Shown: positions 50,301 to 59,800 of the stretch, piece after piece
How the letters are laid out: each line of letters opens with the position of its first letter
Position numbering within the stretch: position 1 is the first letter of the stretch
Virus record (IMG/VR): IMGVR_UViG_3300030107_007800
Span: 20,578-84,577 of that record
Reading direction: 5' to 3' (one strand)
Source: a virus
Length of the DNA stretch: 64,000 bases
Notes under the pieces: model-generated
The model's database searches: none
What the model saw: the letters and a program-made list of their open reading frames with translations, nothing else
Told to the model about the DNA's origin: nothing
Translations under genes and position numbers: made by a program

Positions 50301-51460
50301 AATTAAAGGACACTTTCCCGCAAAAGGTACACGCGACAGTCGATTCAGTTCAGTTGGGCTCCGAACCTCAACAGGCGGGAAGAGGTCCGCTGAACCCAAG
50401 AACTGGAATTCCAGACTACCAAGGCTCAAGCCGAGCAAGGGTAGGCGTTGGTGAGACAATTCCAGATTGGAACAATGAGATAGATGTGGACTATAGCACG
50501 ACTGGATCATTGATTGATGTGTGCGGGTTTGATGTTGAATCCAAAAGAATTGGTCGCCTTGCTGAATCTAAAAAAATAAGCGAGGCTGTGGTCGCAATAC
50601 CCGTCAACACAGATGGGTCTTTCGTGAAAATACCGAAAGAGGCTTATCTGACTCAGCTAAAAAATATGACTCAAAAGAATATCGCAATTGATGTAGGAGA
50701 TTTTGGAGCACCACTACAAATTAAGACCACATCTATATCAGATATGATTAGGAAGATGAAAAAATACGTTATTCCACCCCATTTAGATTTTGTTCATAAT
50801 CAGGACATACTGGATGACAAGGATATGGGTCCATTTGTTATGTACATTTTTGAGTTTCATCACACTTTGTCACAAAAAGACCTTTCTCATATCTGGCAAA
50901 ATATGATGCCTGACATTTCTGTTACAGCAGAAAAAGACGAGGCTTTTATAGAGCATCCTGTTTTGACTGGTCCAAATTTTGAGTTCTTTGGCACATCCAC
51001 TGGTGTCCTTACTGGTCCGGACGCAATGAATACTTCTGAAATAAAGGTATTCCCCGATCATCTTAGGTGGATGGTTTTTAAAGTGAAGCAGAGGGCGAAA
51101 AATAATTATGATGCAGTAACAATTGCGGGAGAAAAGGAAGTAGGATTTGGATTGGGAGATTTGCAGTCCAAAAGCACAACAGCATATGGGGGAAATCAAT
51201 TGGCATTTAGTTACAATTGGCCTTATGATTTTTTCTCACTAGTTGAATTGGGCAAGGTTGAAGTAGCTCATGCTTTCGAGCCAAGAAATTCACCAATTAA
51301 ATCACCTACGGAAGAACCATCGGAGGATAAAAGGACCAAGGAAGAACAAATAACAGGAGGTCACCATACCTCTGAAGACACCAGCACCCACGACTCCGAA
51401 GATCCGACTTTAAATTACACTGCGGACGGTGGGGGTATTAAACTCTATACTGGAGATTAA
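41336..51460 (+). CDS. Giant (3374 aa) baseplate/tail protein with LamG-like domains and gp7/P2-I-like motif
   Basis: TIEFW...WNHVAVT...FLNG...FDEFRFW.TART..EI...YFKFNEG (LamG/ConA fold), a second such domain, and KSKGTQKAIRNLIRCFG. Confidence 0.7.
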   Translation: MSKYGDKNSKLSSLFGKQNPQGTSMSKFVASASLDSLGDRIESAQYIQYEVENKNRVVPTVNFSRPAEFAKYGSAEQYYKTSVERIYKTYPYDGSKKEKLQWSLSSSYLDNYILENEYPRTNGFINLAGINVSSKNAFGNNAGSGTETYILSSHPNYISVKGGPNQASLPIYDQELDKGVDFKKPEHKANFFDSSNTREKNITIDGASGNTIEFWIKDAHNPIVGGYNNVVFDAWNGDNSTLHPTGTNGVQPGSASYGRMLLERRVIYGHPGSFIDNHLFHLTYHSGTTGAERVPLLPVATVGYPAAGSWNHVAVTVKNSGNSSADKGLIVKTFLNGDLIDNLITGSSVAEVNTTGSINANIGAYRTFPTEYVKATSLSLGTPQTTFEGFGTISASFDEFRFWKTARTENEIGRNWFTQVGAGTNTDTANTDLGFYFKFNEGITGDPNADQTILDYSGRVSNGTYLNYATSSAVFSHFPRRNTGSAIVLAEAAEREFKDPILYPHSPEVSSYKTSAMKKGQEWDYRNPSMLYRTLPSWIQEEDSVKNRNTTLGLVQVMASYFDTLHLQIDEMKRVKTNRYISSSVDTHTKPFPYASKLLKNVGFVAPEIFADTDVVSALSHRDDNREYEKKLYDVKNYIYQNVYNNLSFINKSKGTQKAIRNLIRCFGVDDEVYKINFYADNAEYTLTNNFVDKTVRKTYADFNDVTRFGATVFSYKNPSESNNYGYITGSKDTGAGFDRTLAMTVEAEVVLPKKPDPGAPNAHNKYYEHLTSSLFGMHSGKISNTTEELQSGDTTWDPNDYANFQVYAVADTYQIHERDSKSVQFILKSHNSVLPELTSSLYLGQYEDVRWNFAVRVKPNGYPNVGVAISGSTDATRMTYDVEFEGIAAISDLVVNSFKATGSISNTAGLRFMTQVKRLYAGAHRTNFSGTLLEASDALVTSCRYWATDITSEEFKGHAIDPTSYGVENPYRNAYLFATRDNPQPANLETPRAKTLLLNWEFDTVTGSDASGQFVVKDSSYTQIQDEKSQIWDTTPDLASLLETNHDALGFGFPENSDDSVLRDYVPAYKQQLPENINDSNMITVAQTDDIAFTKNTLPIKFAFALEKSMYQTISEEMIKFFLTSKEASALENLYGDPVNRYRLDYKALEKIRNLFFNRIGNTPDLEKYLNFYKWLDNSISVMVKELVPVSAKMPGVTNVVESHMMERGGKYHNKFPTLEMKPPVLEDPIRGINEMLYNWKRGHAPTPPHATGVQATTTITATATPTAGKQIVLRQLLADGTPHAYTFTVHNTATGGNVFAKTGADHGLTNLKTLLDGSGIFTTSAVQNLGGGSYRLTITQNLTGVNGNFIVTSNIDNYTIEGASSAAADGVFSGGLNKNQADNCFWWNKRAIRTTDSLWSGDSDLDVARKLIHTASVQVLNRTLDTTVRLKLDRMGVTNTLNKKQIVFGETPPGTGENIKFSTTTFSAPTTCSDTIIDNPRFKFKPQFKVEGDSVGSKLQGKMVSPVVFRRSEVGNQNTDPNGFLKTSQHLQDYYSETKDIPMQGPFTEQHVGGYQYRHTGINIGLASIRREGWFTTVTKVGSETVYVIYNPSAISSAYPRADYSRDHIAKSPLNIKNIKNVTSSTNPHGVQDDLGSSIALGNYSHDYEMIQIPGRSINNKYFIENLGVSTASTDSTFVSGLVDRTIPNKSTNKYVFANRFSAPGGPDTLGAGYLNYESETFSVYNALPYRNLAVRSPLNSIFLRRHAGFGGYDYQSGINSTNPVAAFHKTPRNGAKRLKVTGVSDIGAHDGLGLVLSTASVFDNAFVQHMIPRSDMQYSWITASAIMGPYGYEQPDPSLASLASTDITFIQASQHAAVSSSFGGAYGGAILSIFGISEQNPFSQDGRIVTDFVGMNNNVLSQITASENTLGAILNSPREAPATGFVRPINNANNQAGAIGDAAFLNAINLNRNGAGGFSSWKQVRQSYNPLVRDMKKTNRISFVRTSKGKHINYDTNGLFVDEDLMFSYTEPAVSSKFKPLQHKINLWNYQNNHGVGGDQIIVNSSYGNNLAYYTMTNMQGVPGVFDSMTETIGFSPEPVSQVYDDLKRLYVGNALDAYLYGANAISLVPQLIYREVVYPQESNTFLARTRMRQNYEEASGSGEFNKPLGKARTFWRDDRDDRLRSINEAINSMSIRIDSGSFRETSYEGLLDLSCWPLDAAYPMTQFAPTGSSSTLVSPITSVITTDTPRGMGSFDIPSDHKVRTLNGELSYGNYMYNLYRVPLQGHGVEAGSTLGTFSPTTASQAFEYPSIVLSGNDQSTANGMYSISHLNLIPEYTAHLTSSRNPWFDSYDEYSNDIRRIGKDYSILPEFRISDNMDYYLATGGNTIKGKIVNYKFLDLPGASLDVTSSAKVANVPATVNDKFFRLYSNSDFMKHFEVIRDDHLDTPVADSKVALIPSRIRLKCKAIKKLLPYQGFYPALRTVQLGQLFSSSFGDSLTGAYDDFSDSIDVQNQKLAALMQPFYAPGIMYNTIKSGIAVDWPVMTASVELQTPGNGTSDTSITGTEPVYGFRGAGVFNFTPQFRMPFEAILKPHKHIPQFEENPNNEKSKANTPAYMYHAWPHFVSASSADGASKGPGERGNTVGPTGSGAPTGQDNWYGKLNGSYRRPSPNCAWLGDYDKKYSLAVSNFMSEVVDFFLEEQQLTSFVSKPESEFKEMMSGSTYYMDVVLRKTPHFKMYEGPDRLFAVSSHTTGSDFVYTGSVGARGIHYGPSFMSARPSLTMRTQQHKILDQIGDPGPAPYTPPYFYGKSIARISFKPHIVIDPMPPGSSEKFTLDQILANAQVISDTLNTGDNSLGKFEFKLLQDPLGILSNKIPMNFASGTAAFENQMQIDSSVNLYQRVRGKKVNYNISIGDDGQPIYTPSTIEGAGDDTSLDRWCIETKFECPVLNFKNHSVQTSFPDGNKPYYNGDGNERKLTTGMWKTYGTIPKDHATGFKEGIFLELKDTFPQKVHATVDSVQLGSEPQQAGRGPLNPRTGIPDYQGSSRARVGVGETIPDWNNEIDVDYSTTGSLIDVCGFDVESKRIGRLAESKKISEAVVAIPVNTDGSFVKIPKEAYLTQLKNMTQKNIAIDVGDFGAPLQIKTTSISDMIRKMKKYVIPPHLDFVHNQDILDDKDMGPFVMYIFEFHHTLSQKDLSHIWQNMMPDISVTAEKDEAFIEHPVLTGPNFEFFGTSTGVLTGPDAMNTSEIKVFPDHLRWMVFKVKQRAKNNYDAVTIAGEKEVGFGLGDLQSKSTTAYGGNQLAFSYNWPYDFFSLVELGKVEVAHAFEPRNSPIKSPTEEPSEDKRTKEEQITGGHHTSEDTSTHDSEDPTLNYTADGGGIKLYTGD

Positions 51461-51508
51461 CGTCTAGTGGGTAGTGTTTTATAGTGTGTGCGAATAAATT
51501 ACAAGGAT

Positions 51509-51515
51509 CTATTTA
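51509..51515 (+). promoter_or_regulatory. Putative late promoter CTATTTA
   Basis: Intergenic, 6 nt before ATG 51522; no RBS in between. Confidence 0.55.
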
Positions 51516-51521
51516 TAGAAT

Positions 51522-52499
51522 ATGAAGTTTTTTGATAAAAAAGAAGAAGTGCTGGATATTGAATTGACTCAATATGGCAAACACCTGTTGTCAAGGGGTG
51601 TACTACGCCCAGTTTTTTATGCTTTTTTTGATGATGATATTATATATGATAGTCAATATATTGGCGGCGGCTCAAGTGTTCAAGTGGAACACTCAACAAA
51701 AGAAGGCGACAGAATAAGAAATGTCCCGCGCCCCCATACACAATATAGTTTTGGAGGAGTTGAGAGCAACTTTGATAAAATACATAATGCAGTTTACTAT
51801 AGTGATCCGGCTCTCGACTTAGCATTCACTATAGAACTTACTGAAACAGAAAAATTAGAATATCTGGCAAAACCCCCTTCTGCTATAGACAACTATAATA
51901 GAATGGCTTTGCCTTTAGGGACAAGTCAATATAATTCTGATAATCTACCGGCTTGGGACTTAAAAATGATGAGCGGGGAGATCACAGGTTCTGTTTTGGA
52001 TTATACTGGATCTTCCGGCATAATAAAGATGCCTCAACTTGATATTGAGGTTTTTTATGAAACTGAGATTAAACAACTGGATGACGGAAACGCTATAAGT
52101 GGAGACAGCTCAGAGAATATAAATATTTTCCCTGATGGGACCTATGTTGAGATAACAAAGGATTATATTGCAATTGATTTGTCCGAACACAATTCTCTTT
52201 TTGAAAATGAAAATTTCGAATTAGAGGCATACGAAATGGTGCTGGAACAATCTGTCGATACTAATCATTTGATGGAGTGGACGTATAGACCCCTGTATTT
52301 TATAGATGGTGAAAAAATTACTAATGATGTTTTTTATAAAAATAATTTAAGGCAAAAAACAGATGTCACGCAAGACAATGTGGAGTATTATTTTGATTTA
52401 AGAGTCGATGATGAAATAACAGATACTGCTGGTATGAGAAATAATATAATCACAGATATTTATAAAAAGAAGCCAAAGAACGATAAGGAGCCCTGTTAA
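51522..52499 (+). CDS. Structural protein; N-terminus paralogous to 60518..61462
   Basis: LDIELTQYGKHLLSRG...YAFFDDDIIY matches LDAVLTDAGRARLARG...YAFADDEIDY. Confidence 0.6.
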   Translation: MKFFDKKEEVLDIELTQYGKHLLSRGVLRPVFYAFFDDDIIYDSQYIGGGSSVQVEHSTKEGDRIRNVPRPHTQYSFGGVESNFDKIHNAVYYSDPALDLAFTIELTETEKLEYLAKPPSAIDNYNRMALPLGTSQYNSDNLPAWDLKMMSGEITGSVLDYTGSSGIIKMPQLDIEVFYETEIKQLDDGNAISGDSSENINIFPDGTYVEITKDYIAIDLSEHNSLFENENFELEAYEMVLEQSVDTNHLMEWTYRPLYFIDGEKITNDVFYKNNLRQKTDVTQDNVEYYFDLRVDDEITDTAGMRNNIITDIYKKKPKNDKEPC

Positions 52500-55400
52500 T
52501 GGCTACTGCTGGATATAAATTACCAAAAGTTAATTTTTTAAGTATTTCTCTCGCTGGCGGGAATGATTTACTGCGAAAAAATGACGAACCTCACACGAGA
52601 CAAGCTTCAGAGATGGCAGATGCTCTCTTCGGAACCGGTGCCACCACTTCATCACTCGAAGAAGACTACACTACACCTTCAATAATGAATGTGAATATAG
52701 TTTTGTCTATAGACATATCTTTTGATGTTTCAAAATCAAATCTATATTCTATGTTTTTTAAAGATGATTTTACGAAATATTTAAAAATACGAGTTGTTCA
52801 AAGCACAGGCACATTCACAGAAGCCATAGCAAATAATGTGAATTCGTATTTGCGACCGGGAGGAATCATCGACTCAGAATCCCCTGTCGTGATGGGAGGC
52901 GTTGGTAGCAGCCCCAGTGTTGTTGTACAGAATTTAGATCTTCCAGAATATGATGGGAAGAGCCCGGAATTAACACAAGATCTCGCATTTTCCACATCAA
53001 TGAGGTATGATAGTGAAGGAAATAAGGTATACACCTTCACATATCCTGTCACTTTTCAGGTCCCTGAAAGCGAAGGGGGGACAGATGTCGAACAATTGTC
53101 ATATTTTGTTCATTCATACATTAATATAGAGCAATATAAAATAGAAAGCGGATATTTTGAAGATTTTCAAATACCAGAAGCAATTGTGGATAACTTGGTT
53201 ATGGGGGAAGTTAATCAAGTTCAAGTAATAAGGAATGGTTCAATCAACAATTATTCGCAAGTATTTTATAAATCCCCGCTAGATGATAACGGTCTACCCA
53301 GATTACCAGAGCCAGATGACGATTTAGAAATATGGACTGGACCAATCCACTACCATGGACCTCAAAATCCGGGTCCTAAAGGATATATAGGATATATGGC
53401 AGGGTCACCCGGCGCAGATATGGGTCCTTTTTTGGGTTACACAACGGTATTCAATGGCACAATAAAAGATTTTAGAACCCTGAAGCAACTAGAAAAGTTG
53501 CAATTTAATTATTCTTTGTTTTCAAATACTTGGTTCAACGAAAAGACAACTAGAAATATGTATAACAATCAACAAGCGTTGAAGCAATATATGTCTAGAG
53601 AAAATCCATATTTTAGCGACACAGATGGTCACACAACATTAAAAGACCTCCAGCTAGCTAACTTAAAATTAATGTCTGAGACAAAGGGGAGAGCGCCAAT
53701 ATTCTCAGATTTGTACACAGCTATGGATGGCTCTGGAAACACAAGGTTTTTGTTCGCCTTCAACGTAAAAGAAGCTTTAAAGAGCAATTCAGCTTTCCCG
53801 GCACTGCTAGACCATATATTTGAAGGATACGGCGATGCAGAAGGGCTCGTAGAGGATTTTATAAACAACAAGGTGATAACAAGTTTTAAAATACTAAGAC
53901 ACAGGGTTCACGAAGAAAATCCAGCCATGGCAACGGTGGATAAAAAAGAAATAATAGAAAATGAAGAACCAAAACTGGTTTGTGAATCCTCCGATGACAA
54001 TTCGGGTAAACTAAAGATCGATAAGCAAGAAAATGACGCGGGGGAAACTCTTGGGACAATTGCAGAAATTGATTTGCACTTGGCAGAGGTTGAGCAAAAT
54101 GCAAACATAATATTTGGGTTGAGGCATTATACAGGCACCGATCTTCAAACGCCAATAGATGGCGATTATATGTATTCTATTGAAATAAAAATGAACGACC
54201 CCCTTATACCTTGGATGGAGGGCAAAATTAAAATTCTAGAAACGTTATTGTATGGCGCTGAAGACAACGAGGAAGACGGAGGCTTCTCGGGCTATGCGGA
54301 TATGGTATCAAGCGACCCGAAATATTATAACTCGTATACAGACCGATTTACGCAAGAAGGGATAGAAAAGATAGAACACCCAGACAGTCCGTATAAAACA
54401 GTAAATGATTATTCATATGCTTCATCCAAAATAGTAAGCTTTTTTACAGTGCTCGATAATTTTTTATTTTTTAGAGATGAACTACCAGCTTTATACCACT
54501 TTCTATATGCAATATCCAGCCCAGCATTTGGAAATCCATCGGGAGTAAATCAAGTTCTGAAAGTAATGGAGAATATATATTCAAAAGTTTTAAATGTTTT
54601 TTCTTCTGCGTCAGGGTACAAGAAAGCGGTAGACTCTCAACATGTCGGTGCTGATCAGCAATTGGCAGCAGGAAGGGAGCCGAAAAGAGATTTTGTTATT
54701 TCTCACTTATTCCCACAAGTTATAAAGGGCGAAATAAATCACTCAACTGGATATGATTATATATCCATAGAAGATACTATTAAGGAGGACACGCTCCCCT
54801 CAAAGGGTCTAAAAAGATTAAGCAGAACTCAACTTGAAACTAGAGCTAATATGGAGGAAACAAAATTCTTTACAAATGTCCTCTCGGATTATGACATTGT
54901 AATACCAGAGTTTCCGTTGGCATTTGACCCAAACAACTGGATGCAGGAGTATGGTGGGGCGGTGGACCCAGAGGATTACAATGTATTGTTTAATGAAGCA
55001 AAACAAAAAGAGGGCATTTTGTTAAACGCAGGGGATACAGTTTTGAATAATAAATACGCATTTTTCAGTCCGTCCCTCGTTAATTTTGCAGGAGAGGAGC
55101 CCATCAACTTGTTAAATGGGGGAAGCTTGAATTCGGATATGAGAGATACGAACAATGCAATGCTAAATGCTATTCGCTATAATTTAACAAAACAAAATGA
55201 CTATGATTACCCCGATCCGGGATCTGAGGTTGCAACTGGGCGTATTAAAACACTTCCACTGGGTCTTAATCTTCTCGCCGGAAACACAACACCAGAAGTA
55301 GTCGTCACCGATGATGTATCAGATTTAAAATACGATTTGTTAAACATTCTGAATCAGAGGCAAACAACAGTGCGTATACCAAAAGCCCCCGCTGGACCTG

Positions 55401-56875
55401 CTGGACCCACCAAGGGCAAATCAAAAGGAGTGGCAAACGTTTTTGGGGGACCAGATGGGGCAGTTAGTAGTGAACTTATTGAAGCATCAACCATAGCAAT
55501 AGATCCAAATGCTATCGGAAGCCAATATGATTTGGGTCCCGCTGGTGGAGAAGGACCTAATATTTTTAATTCTAAAATAAATCCTAGTCAACTTTTGTTA
55601 ACAATAACACAACAAAACGCATTTGATTTTCTTGATGATAAAACATGGAAGTGGAAACATTACGTTATGGATTTTGGTTACAGCTCCTTCAAATCAGAAT
55701 ATCAAAAATTTATGGGCTCCGGAGGCAACGCAGACGGTACAGGCTATAGCAACAAGCCTTTGAAAGTAGCTCCAAATCAAGTAAAATGCTTAATGTCAAA
55801 TCTGGACTACACTAAGCCATTTTCTGTTGGCGTTTTTAACGAATTAATATTAAAAATATATGACACAAAGCCGGGAGTTTATTCAAATCTTACCGAGGGT
55901 GATACAAAACAATTCTATGTATCTACCAATATGTACGGGGAGGAAAAGGTGATAAGTGAGCCCAATAGAAAAGTTATATATGAAACGCCCGAGTTCTTAT
56001 CCTTCTTCTTAATGAATTTTAAAAATCTAGTAGAACTGCAAGCACTTGTGGCATATGAAGACACTTATGAAACAAGCATATCTCCCATCGCCGGATTTGA
56101 TGTAGATAAGGAACTTGGCTATAATGTCAATGCGCCTATATGGAAGAAAATGGATTATGAAATGTATGAAAAGTTGCTGAAAGATGTTCAAACAATTCCC
56201 GGAGGAGGGCAAAGAAATATTTTAGTTAGGCTTGTTCCGTATGAGAAAGATCTTTATGGCGTCAAAAGATATCCAATTATGGAATTGCCAATATATAATA
56301 TGCACTTTATAATAGATCTTTCTGAATACAATGTGGGTGCGGTGTACTTCCCGGATCCAGTTGTAATAGAAGAATTAGACCCCGATGAAGCAGGAGCCAC
56401 CGAATATGAGGGCTTTATTCCTGTTGGTGTTGGCACAACCTTATTCGGAGAAAGTGTCACGACAGGTATGATGCCCGAAATGATATTAGAAACGGATGAA
56501 GGATGGGTCGGCGGTTTTGCCGGGGGTGTCGATGTGGGTACCGGCGCAGGCGTTGTTGGAGGCGAACCGGGCACCAGCCCAGTCGTGCAAGCGGGACAGG
56601 GAGGTCTTGTTGGAATTGCTGGCGCAGGCGCAGGTCAAGAGGGACCTAAGCTGGGACCCCTCGGCGACCCAGACGCGGACGGCGGCGGCGTTCCGTTGAT
56701 GCAGAAGGGCATTTTCTCATTCTTAAAAACTTCCTCACAACTCGCAGGAAGACTCGGGGTCACATCGGAGACTATAAGCACGGCGGCAGCCCCTGCCGCA
56801 CCGGTTGAACAACAGGGAATGAAAGAGGCAGATCAAGCAGCAATGAAAGCGACAACTGAACAATCGCAATATTAG
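52499..56875 (+). CDS. Large (1458 aa) acidic hypothetical virion protein
   Basis: Long ORF in the structural operon; Gly-rich C-terminus; no family recognised. Confidence 0.5.
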   Translation: MATAGYKLPKVNFLSISLAGGNDLLRKNDEPHTRQASEMADALFGTGATTSSLEEDYTTPSIMNVNIVLSIDISFDVSKSNLYSMFFKDDFTKYLKIRVVQSTGTFTEAIANNVNSYLRPGGIIDSESPVVMGGVGSSPSVVVQNLDLPEYDGKSPELTQDLAFSTSMRYDSEGNKVYTFTYPVTFQVPESEGGTDVEQLSYFVHSYINIEQYKIESGYFEDFQIPEAIVDNLVMGEVNQVQVIRNGSINNYSQVFYKSPLDDNGLPRLPEPDDDLEIWTGPIHYHGPQNPGPKGYIGYMAGSPGADMGPFLGYTTVFNGTIKDFRTLKQLEKLQFNYSLFSNTWFNEKTTRNMYNNQQALKQYMSRENPYFSDTDGHTTLKDLQLANLKLMSETKGRAPIFSDLYTAMDGSGNTRFLFAFNVKEALKSNSAFPALLDHIFEGYGDAEGLVEDFINNKVITSFKILRHRVHEENPAMATVDKKEIIENEEPKLVCESSDDNSGKLKIDKQENDAGETLGTIAEIDLHLAEVEQNANIIFGLRHYTGTDLQTPIDGDYMYSIEIKMNDPLIPWMEGKIKILETLLYGAEDNEEDGGFSGYADMVSSDPKYYNSYTDRFTQEGIEKIEHPDSPYKTVNDYSYASSKIVSFFTVLDNFLFFRDELPALYHFLYAISSPAFGNPSGVNQVLKVMENIYSKVLNVFSSASGYKKAVDSQHVGADQQLAAGREPKRDFVISHLFPQVIKGEINHSTGYDYISIEDTIKEDTLPSKGLKRLSRTQLETRANMEETKFFTNVLSDYDIVIPEFPLAFDPNNWMQEYGGAVDPEDYNVLFNEAKQKEGILLNAGDTVLNNKYAFFSPSLVNFAGEEPINLLNGGSLNSDMRDTNNAMLNAIRYNLTKQNDYDYPDPGSEVATGRIKTLPLGLNLLAGNTTPEVVVTDDVSDLKYDLLNILNQRQTTVRIPKAPAGPAGPTKGKSKGVANVFGGPDGAVSSELIEASTIAIDPNAIGSQYDLGPAGGEGPNIFNSKINPSQLLLTITQQNAFDFLDDKTWKWKHYVMDFGYSSFKSEYQKFMGSGGNADGTGYSNKPLKVAPNQVKCLMSNLDYTKPFSVGVFNELILKIYDTKPGVYSNLTEGDTKQFYVSTNMYGEEKVISEPNRKVIYETPEFLSFFLMNFKNLVELQALVAYEDTYETSISPIAGFDVDKELGYNVNAPIWKKMDYEMYEKLLKDVQTIPGGGQRNILVRLVPYEKDLYGVKRYPIMELPIYNMHFIIDLSEYNVGAVYFPDPVVIEELDPDEAGATEYEGFIPVGVGTTLFGESVTTGMMPEMILETDEGWVGGFAGGVDVGTGAGVVGGEPGTSPVVQAGQGGLVGIAGAGAGQEGPKLGPLGDPDADGGGVPLMQKGIFSFLKTSSQLAGRLGVTSETISTAAAPAAPVEQQGMKEADQAAMKATTEQSQY

Positions 56876-56886
56876 GGATAATTGAA

Positions 56887-59800
56887 ATGGTAGATGAAAG
56901 AATAAGAAATGAATATTCAAACAGATATGCGCTGGTGGTACCAAATGCCGGATATTATTCTTCCACCACATCCGGCAACACGGCAAATAACAAAATAAAC
57001 CTTTCTATGACTCCCTCCGACTTTCGTTTGGTTGCCGACCCCTTCCGACAGGCAGTAGGGAAAGTGTGGACACTCAGACCGGCAATCGAAGCGGGAGAAG
57101 AAGTAGCTGGCACTAATAATGTTAGATTTCTTGGAAAAACGGATAAATTTAGCATTCCCACTCCATATCAAGCCTCATTCGGCTCCTTGGAGGATATGAA
57201 ATATAAAGATGTATCCGATTTGTGGAATAACGATGTTTTTACAAAGGGTATGTACCCAGATTCATTAAATTTGAAAAGATCTGTAACCAGAATTCAAATG
57301 TTTTTTGGAGCACCAGATTACTCTGTTTATGGCGTGGCTGACCAAGCTGCCTCTTCTCTTATGGCAAAGACAACTTTCTTGGCTATGATAACTGATATGG
57401 AAAGAAAAAATCAAGATTCTGCCTACACAATAACCTTTAAAGGCGAAGATGGGCTTTTCGAAGGAGATCAAGTTGATTATCCAATAGTTTTCAATCTCAA
57501 TACCGGTTTTGGTGGCGCTCCATATAACTATGCTTCGATGCTTTCTTTCAATCAACCAGCAAGTCCAAAGTATTCGGATATTAGTTTGATGGATGTTATG
57601 ATAGAGCCACTGTCTTCCAATGCTAACAAGATAGCCAACCACCAATCAGCTCGCGAAAATGCGACTTCTATTATGGGAGCCGCAATATTTAAGGCAGGTC
57701 AACAATCGAGGTTGAGAAATTATTATAATTTCTTTTCGGACACATATGCATTTCCAAGCGAAGATAATACTAAAAAAGTGGATAAAAATGATACTTATTT
57801 GGATTATGCGTTTGCTATGCCCCTTCCCATGTCTCCGAGAGCATTGTCTCTTACTAACGAGGTGGTAAATAAAACGGATATTGTTGTGGACATAAATCCG
57901 CAATATAATTATTATTCTAAATTTTATGAAAAATCTAATAAAGACAGGAATCAATTGTGGGCATCGTCTGACGGGCAATCTTATAGGATTGACCCTCAAG
58001 ATTTGCCACTAATTTATCAAGTGCCACTTGATGAAGATAACACCCCGTCTTTAGACACGGATAGTGAAAAATCAAAGTTTAGATTCGAAAATTTCGGACA
58101 TAGAATAATGAATTGCGGCTATGAGAGAAACTGGTTTCATTTTGCTAGGGATCAAAATATAATTCTAGACCAAAACAGCCCTCAGTTTTTGGATAAATAC
58201 AATAACGTAAAAAGGCAATTTCCTTGGTATGTTGATTTGCGATTCAATTGCGATACAAATAGAGAATTCACAACCCTTTTTACTGAAACTGGAATGATGT
58301 ATAGGCTAATGTCTTCTATTATTGGAAATCTTTTTAGAGGCACCAATAATCATGTGAACTTTCCGGGAGGAGGAGCTAGCCCGAAGCCCTCAAAGGACGA
58401 CCCAATTCTTACTAAAGAATATTATGATAAACATGACAATAATTATGACGACACCCCGGAAAACAAAAGAGCGTCGATATGCAAAGGGGGTGTATATTCC
58501 ATAGAAAGCCATCGGAGCTTCTACCAGTTGATCCCCCCTGCATCTTCGGAGGACAAAGAAGCGATTGGCGACGATTTGGTTAGAATGGATTCTTCTGGAA
58601 CCAACTACCGAAGAGAGTATGATTTAAATAATTGGCTGGATCACTTTATTGAGTATATTGCTAAAGGCGAAGAAGCAATGAGTGCGGACTATATCGATCC
58701 CACTGTAAAAAGTCCATATTCCTCTTATGAAAAAATTCGTTTTTTTGATGGGGAAGACGAAACCATCAACGGGTATTACAATGATGCCAATACGCCAATA
58801 GAAGCTTTAAAGGTTTTAAACTTTATAGACAGATATCAAAGTGCCGTTAAGCTGCATCAAAGAAGTTATGCAGATATATTAGACGGTACAAAAGCCTACA
58901 CAGAAACTTTATTTTATAGAATACAAAAAGTTTATGTTGGAACTGATCGATTCCCCGGCACACCAGACGTCATTACTCAAAACATATGGCTTCCCAAACC
59001 TGTAGGCTTTGAAGAAGACCAGCAGATTATGAAATATATAGACACCCAGATACCATACGATCAAAACTGGGAATATACAATTTACGCTTATCAACTTGTT
59101 GTGGGATCTAGATATGGCTTTCAGTATACGTCATTTATTGGCAAAGATTCCTTGGCTGATGTATTGGCTGACCAATTTGGTATGACTAGTCCCAATAAGG
59201 TAAAGGCAGTCAAACTAGATCAAAGTTTTCGGCAAACCGCCAACGAAGAAGGTTACAACTACAGCGGTGGAGTTTCAGGCGGAACCGAAAGACTAGAGTC
59301 GTCAAACGAGGATGGGGTTGTTGACGCCCCTCAGAATTCACGATCTTATTTATGGAAGAGAGAGAATGGTGATCCCGGAAGACTAATACAAATGGACGCG
59401 ATCTGCGAACCAGAGGTTCGTTTGGTGGAAGTTCCAATTTATAAAAAAATTGTACGAATATCCGATGCACCATCAATTGCACCAGAAATAGACATAGTTC
59501 CTTTAAACAAGGAAAAGCATAAGATAAAAATCAACTTTTTACCTAGCACGGTGGACAGAGAAATGGAGCCGATATCTATTCTGGAACAGGACAAGTTCTT
59601 TTTTCATTATGTAAGGTTTGCTCAGAATAGAGATTTGCTTAAGTCTAACAAACTGTCGGAAATACTAGGTGATGATCATGATCTGCATCCTCAACCAAAT
59701 GCTCGCTATGTTGAACCAAAGTTGGCTTTTAAAAGCGATGACTATCCTGTACAATATGAGATATTTAGAAAATCTACGGCTCCTGAAAATTACCGAAGTT

